Shown here: positions 63,005-64,000 of the stretch, piece by piece
Layout: every line of letters begins with the position of its first letter
Position numbering within the stretch: position 1 is the stretch's first letter
Origin: Chiloscyllium plagiosum
Taxonomy: Eukaryota
NCBI RefSeq assembly: GCF_004010195.1
Contig: NC_057718.1
Span: 49,563,239 to 49,627,238, forward strand
Length of the DNA stretch: 64,000 nt
Direction: 5' to 3'
Notes under the pieces: generated by a model
What the model was told of the DNA's origin: nothing
The model's input: only the letters and a program-made list of their open reading frames with translations
Database searches by the model: none
Made by a program: the position numbers and the translations under genes

Positions 63005-63900
63005 GAGGCTAAATCAAAGGATGAGCAGGTAAATACACTTTTGGATTCAATCTGATGAGGTTATGACTCAGCAAGGCATAAAAGAAGCAACAGATACTTC
63101 TGATGAAGTTCTGCAAGTCTTTGACAATTGGTTTAATCTCAGAACAAATAAAATTGTTGAAAGGACAAGAAAGAACAGAAGACATCAGCATCAAGGAGGA
63201 CCCATAAATAGTTTCCTTGGTGATCTTTACAGATTCATGAAAAAAACATGACCACGAAGCATTGAAGTCAGAATTCATAAAAGTCAGAATTGTTGTTCGA
63301 ATTATTGCCAAGTCTTTGTCAGATTTATTGCAATCTAAATAAGATTTGACTTTGGGGAATTCCATTGAAACAAAAAAATCCATAAGCAAAACAGATCACT
63401 CCTAATCGGAGAGCGTCAGTATAATGCATTCAGTTCTTAAAGCACAAAAACCTGAAAGATACAAGTGAGAAGCCAAGACAGGGAGCAGACAAAACCACAG
63501 ATTGTAAGAGTCAGTGTCAACATTATAGACTGAGGAATCCCACAGGCACAAGTTATTAAAAAGAATAATGAATCTGAGAAATAGCAGGTCTCTTCTAGGA
63601 GGTCTGCAGCAAACTATGACAGAGCAACAAAATGTCAAGTAGAAACTCACACAAAGAAGTTACTTGGGTCAAACAGGTTACAATTGTCAAAATAAATAGC
63701 TATTTCCATGAGAAAAACCTGATCCAAGTCAAGCAGCTTTGGTAAGAATGTATTTACATCAGTGGACTTCTCACTAACTTTAAGCTTAAGACAGAGGTGT
63801 ATTTCAATGTTTTTTCAGACAGTAGATTGTTTGCAGCCTAGAACAGTACAATTGTGTGATCAAGGTGGAATAGCTTTCAAGCTATCAAGATCGAAGATAT
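63005..63900 (+). mobile_element. Highly decayed Ty3/Gypsy gag(-protease) relic
   Basis: EQVNTLL, NKIVERTRKNRRHQHQGGPINSFLGDLYR and ALKSEFIKVRIVVRI..SLSDLLQ..DLTLGNSI match the ERxxFNRRxQ..GE..FITDLY..IRDRIVVG..LTL Gypsy gag pattern. FKLKTE (an FKLDTG relic) lies at ~63780. Confidence 0.6.
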
Positions 63901-64000
63901 TGCAACAAGTAACTTTGTAACACAAGAGATGATAGATAATTAAGAATGTACAAATACATCATCAAGACTTATCACTCTTGAGCAAAGATATGCTTTTCTT

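Noticed and set aside
1..64000. CRISPR arrays, operons, rRNA or prokaryotic/viral defence systems
   Set aside because: There is no repeat-spacer array, no gene-dense region and no rRNA-like sequence. The content is vertebrate retroelement-rich DNA.

Overview
Repeat-dominated eukaryotic DNA, most likely from a shark or other elasmobranch (inferred from HE1-type V-SINEs, HER1/CR1 LINEs and Deu-domain SINEs). I find no supportable host protein-coding exon, so this is probably an intron or a gene desert. There are four assembly gaps. Main contents: (1) a full-length, decayed Gmr1-like Ty3/Gypsy provirus (29043-36389) with both LTRs, a tRNA-Pro PBS, the unusual PR-IN-RT-RH order and two internal tandem duplications, nested in a CR1; (2) a near full-length L1-clade LINE (38885-43592) with a 9-bp TSD and a YY1-like 5' end; (3) a TSD-bounded Rex1/Babar LINE that carries a copy of nearby local DNA; (4) a truncated minus-strand Gypsy, a solo LTR, a Gypsy gag relic, and many CR1 copies and SINEs; (5) at least six Penelope-like element (PLE) insertions from three families, each with minimal hammerhead ribozyme motifs. 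The most striking structures are two unrelated ~200-bp, TSD-flanked, non-coding fold-back elements (19238-19429 and 56695-56913). Each is inverted pLTR + pLTR + unpaired tail, and each folds at the 5' edge of the hammerhead core. Family names come from motif recognition by eye, not from database searches. Boundaries of old repeats are approximate.
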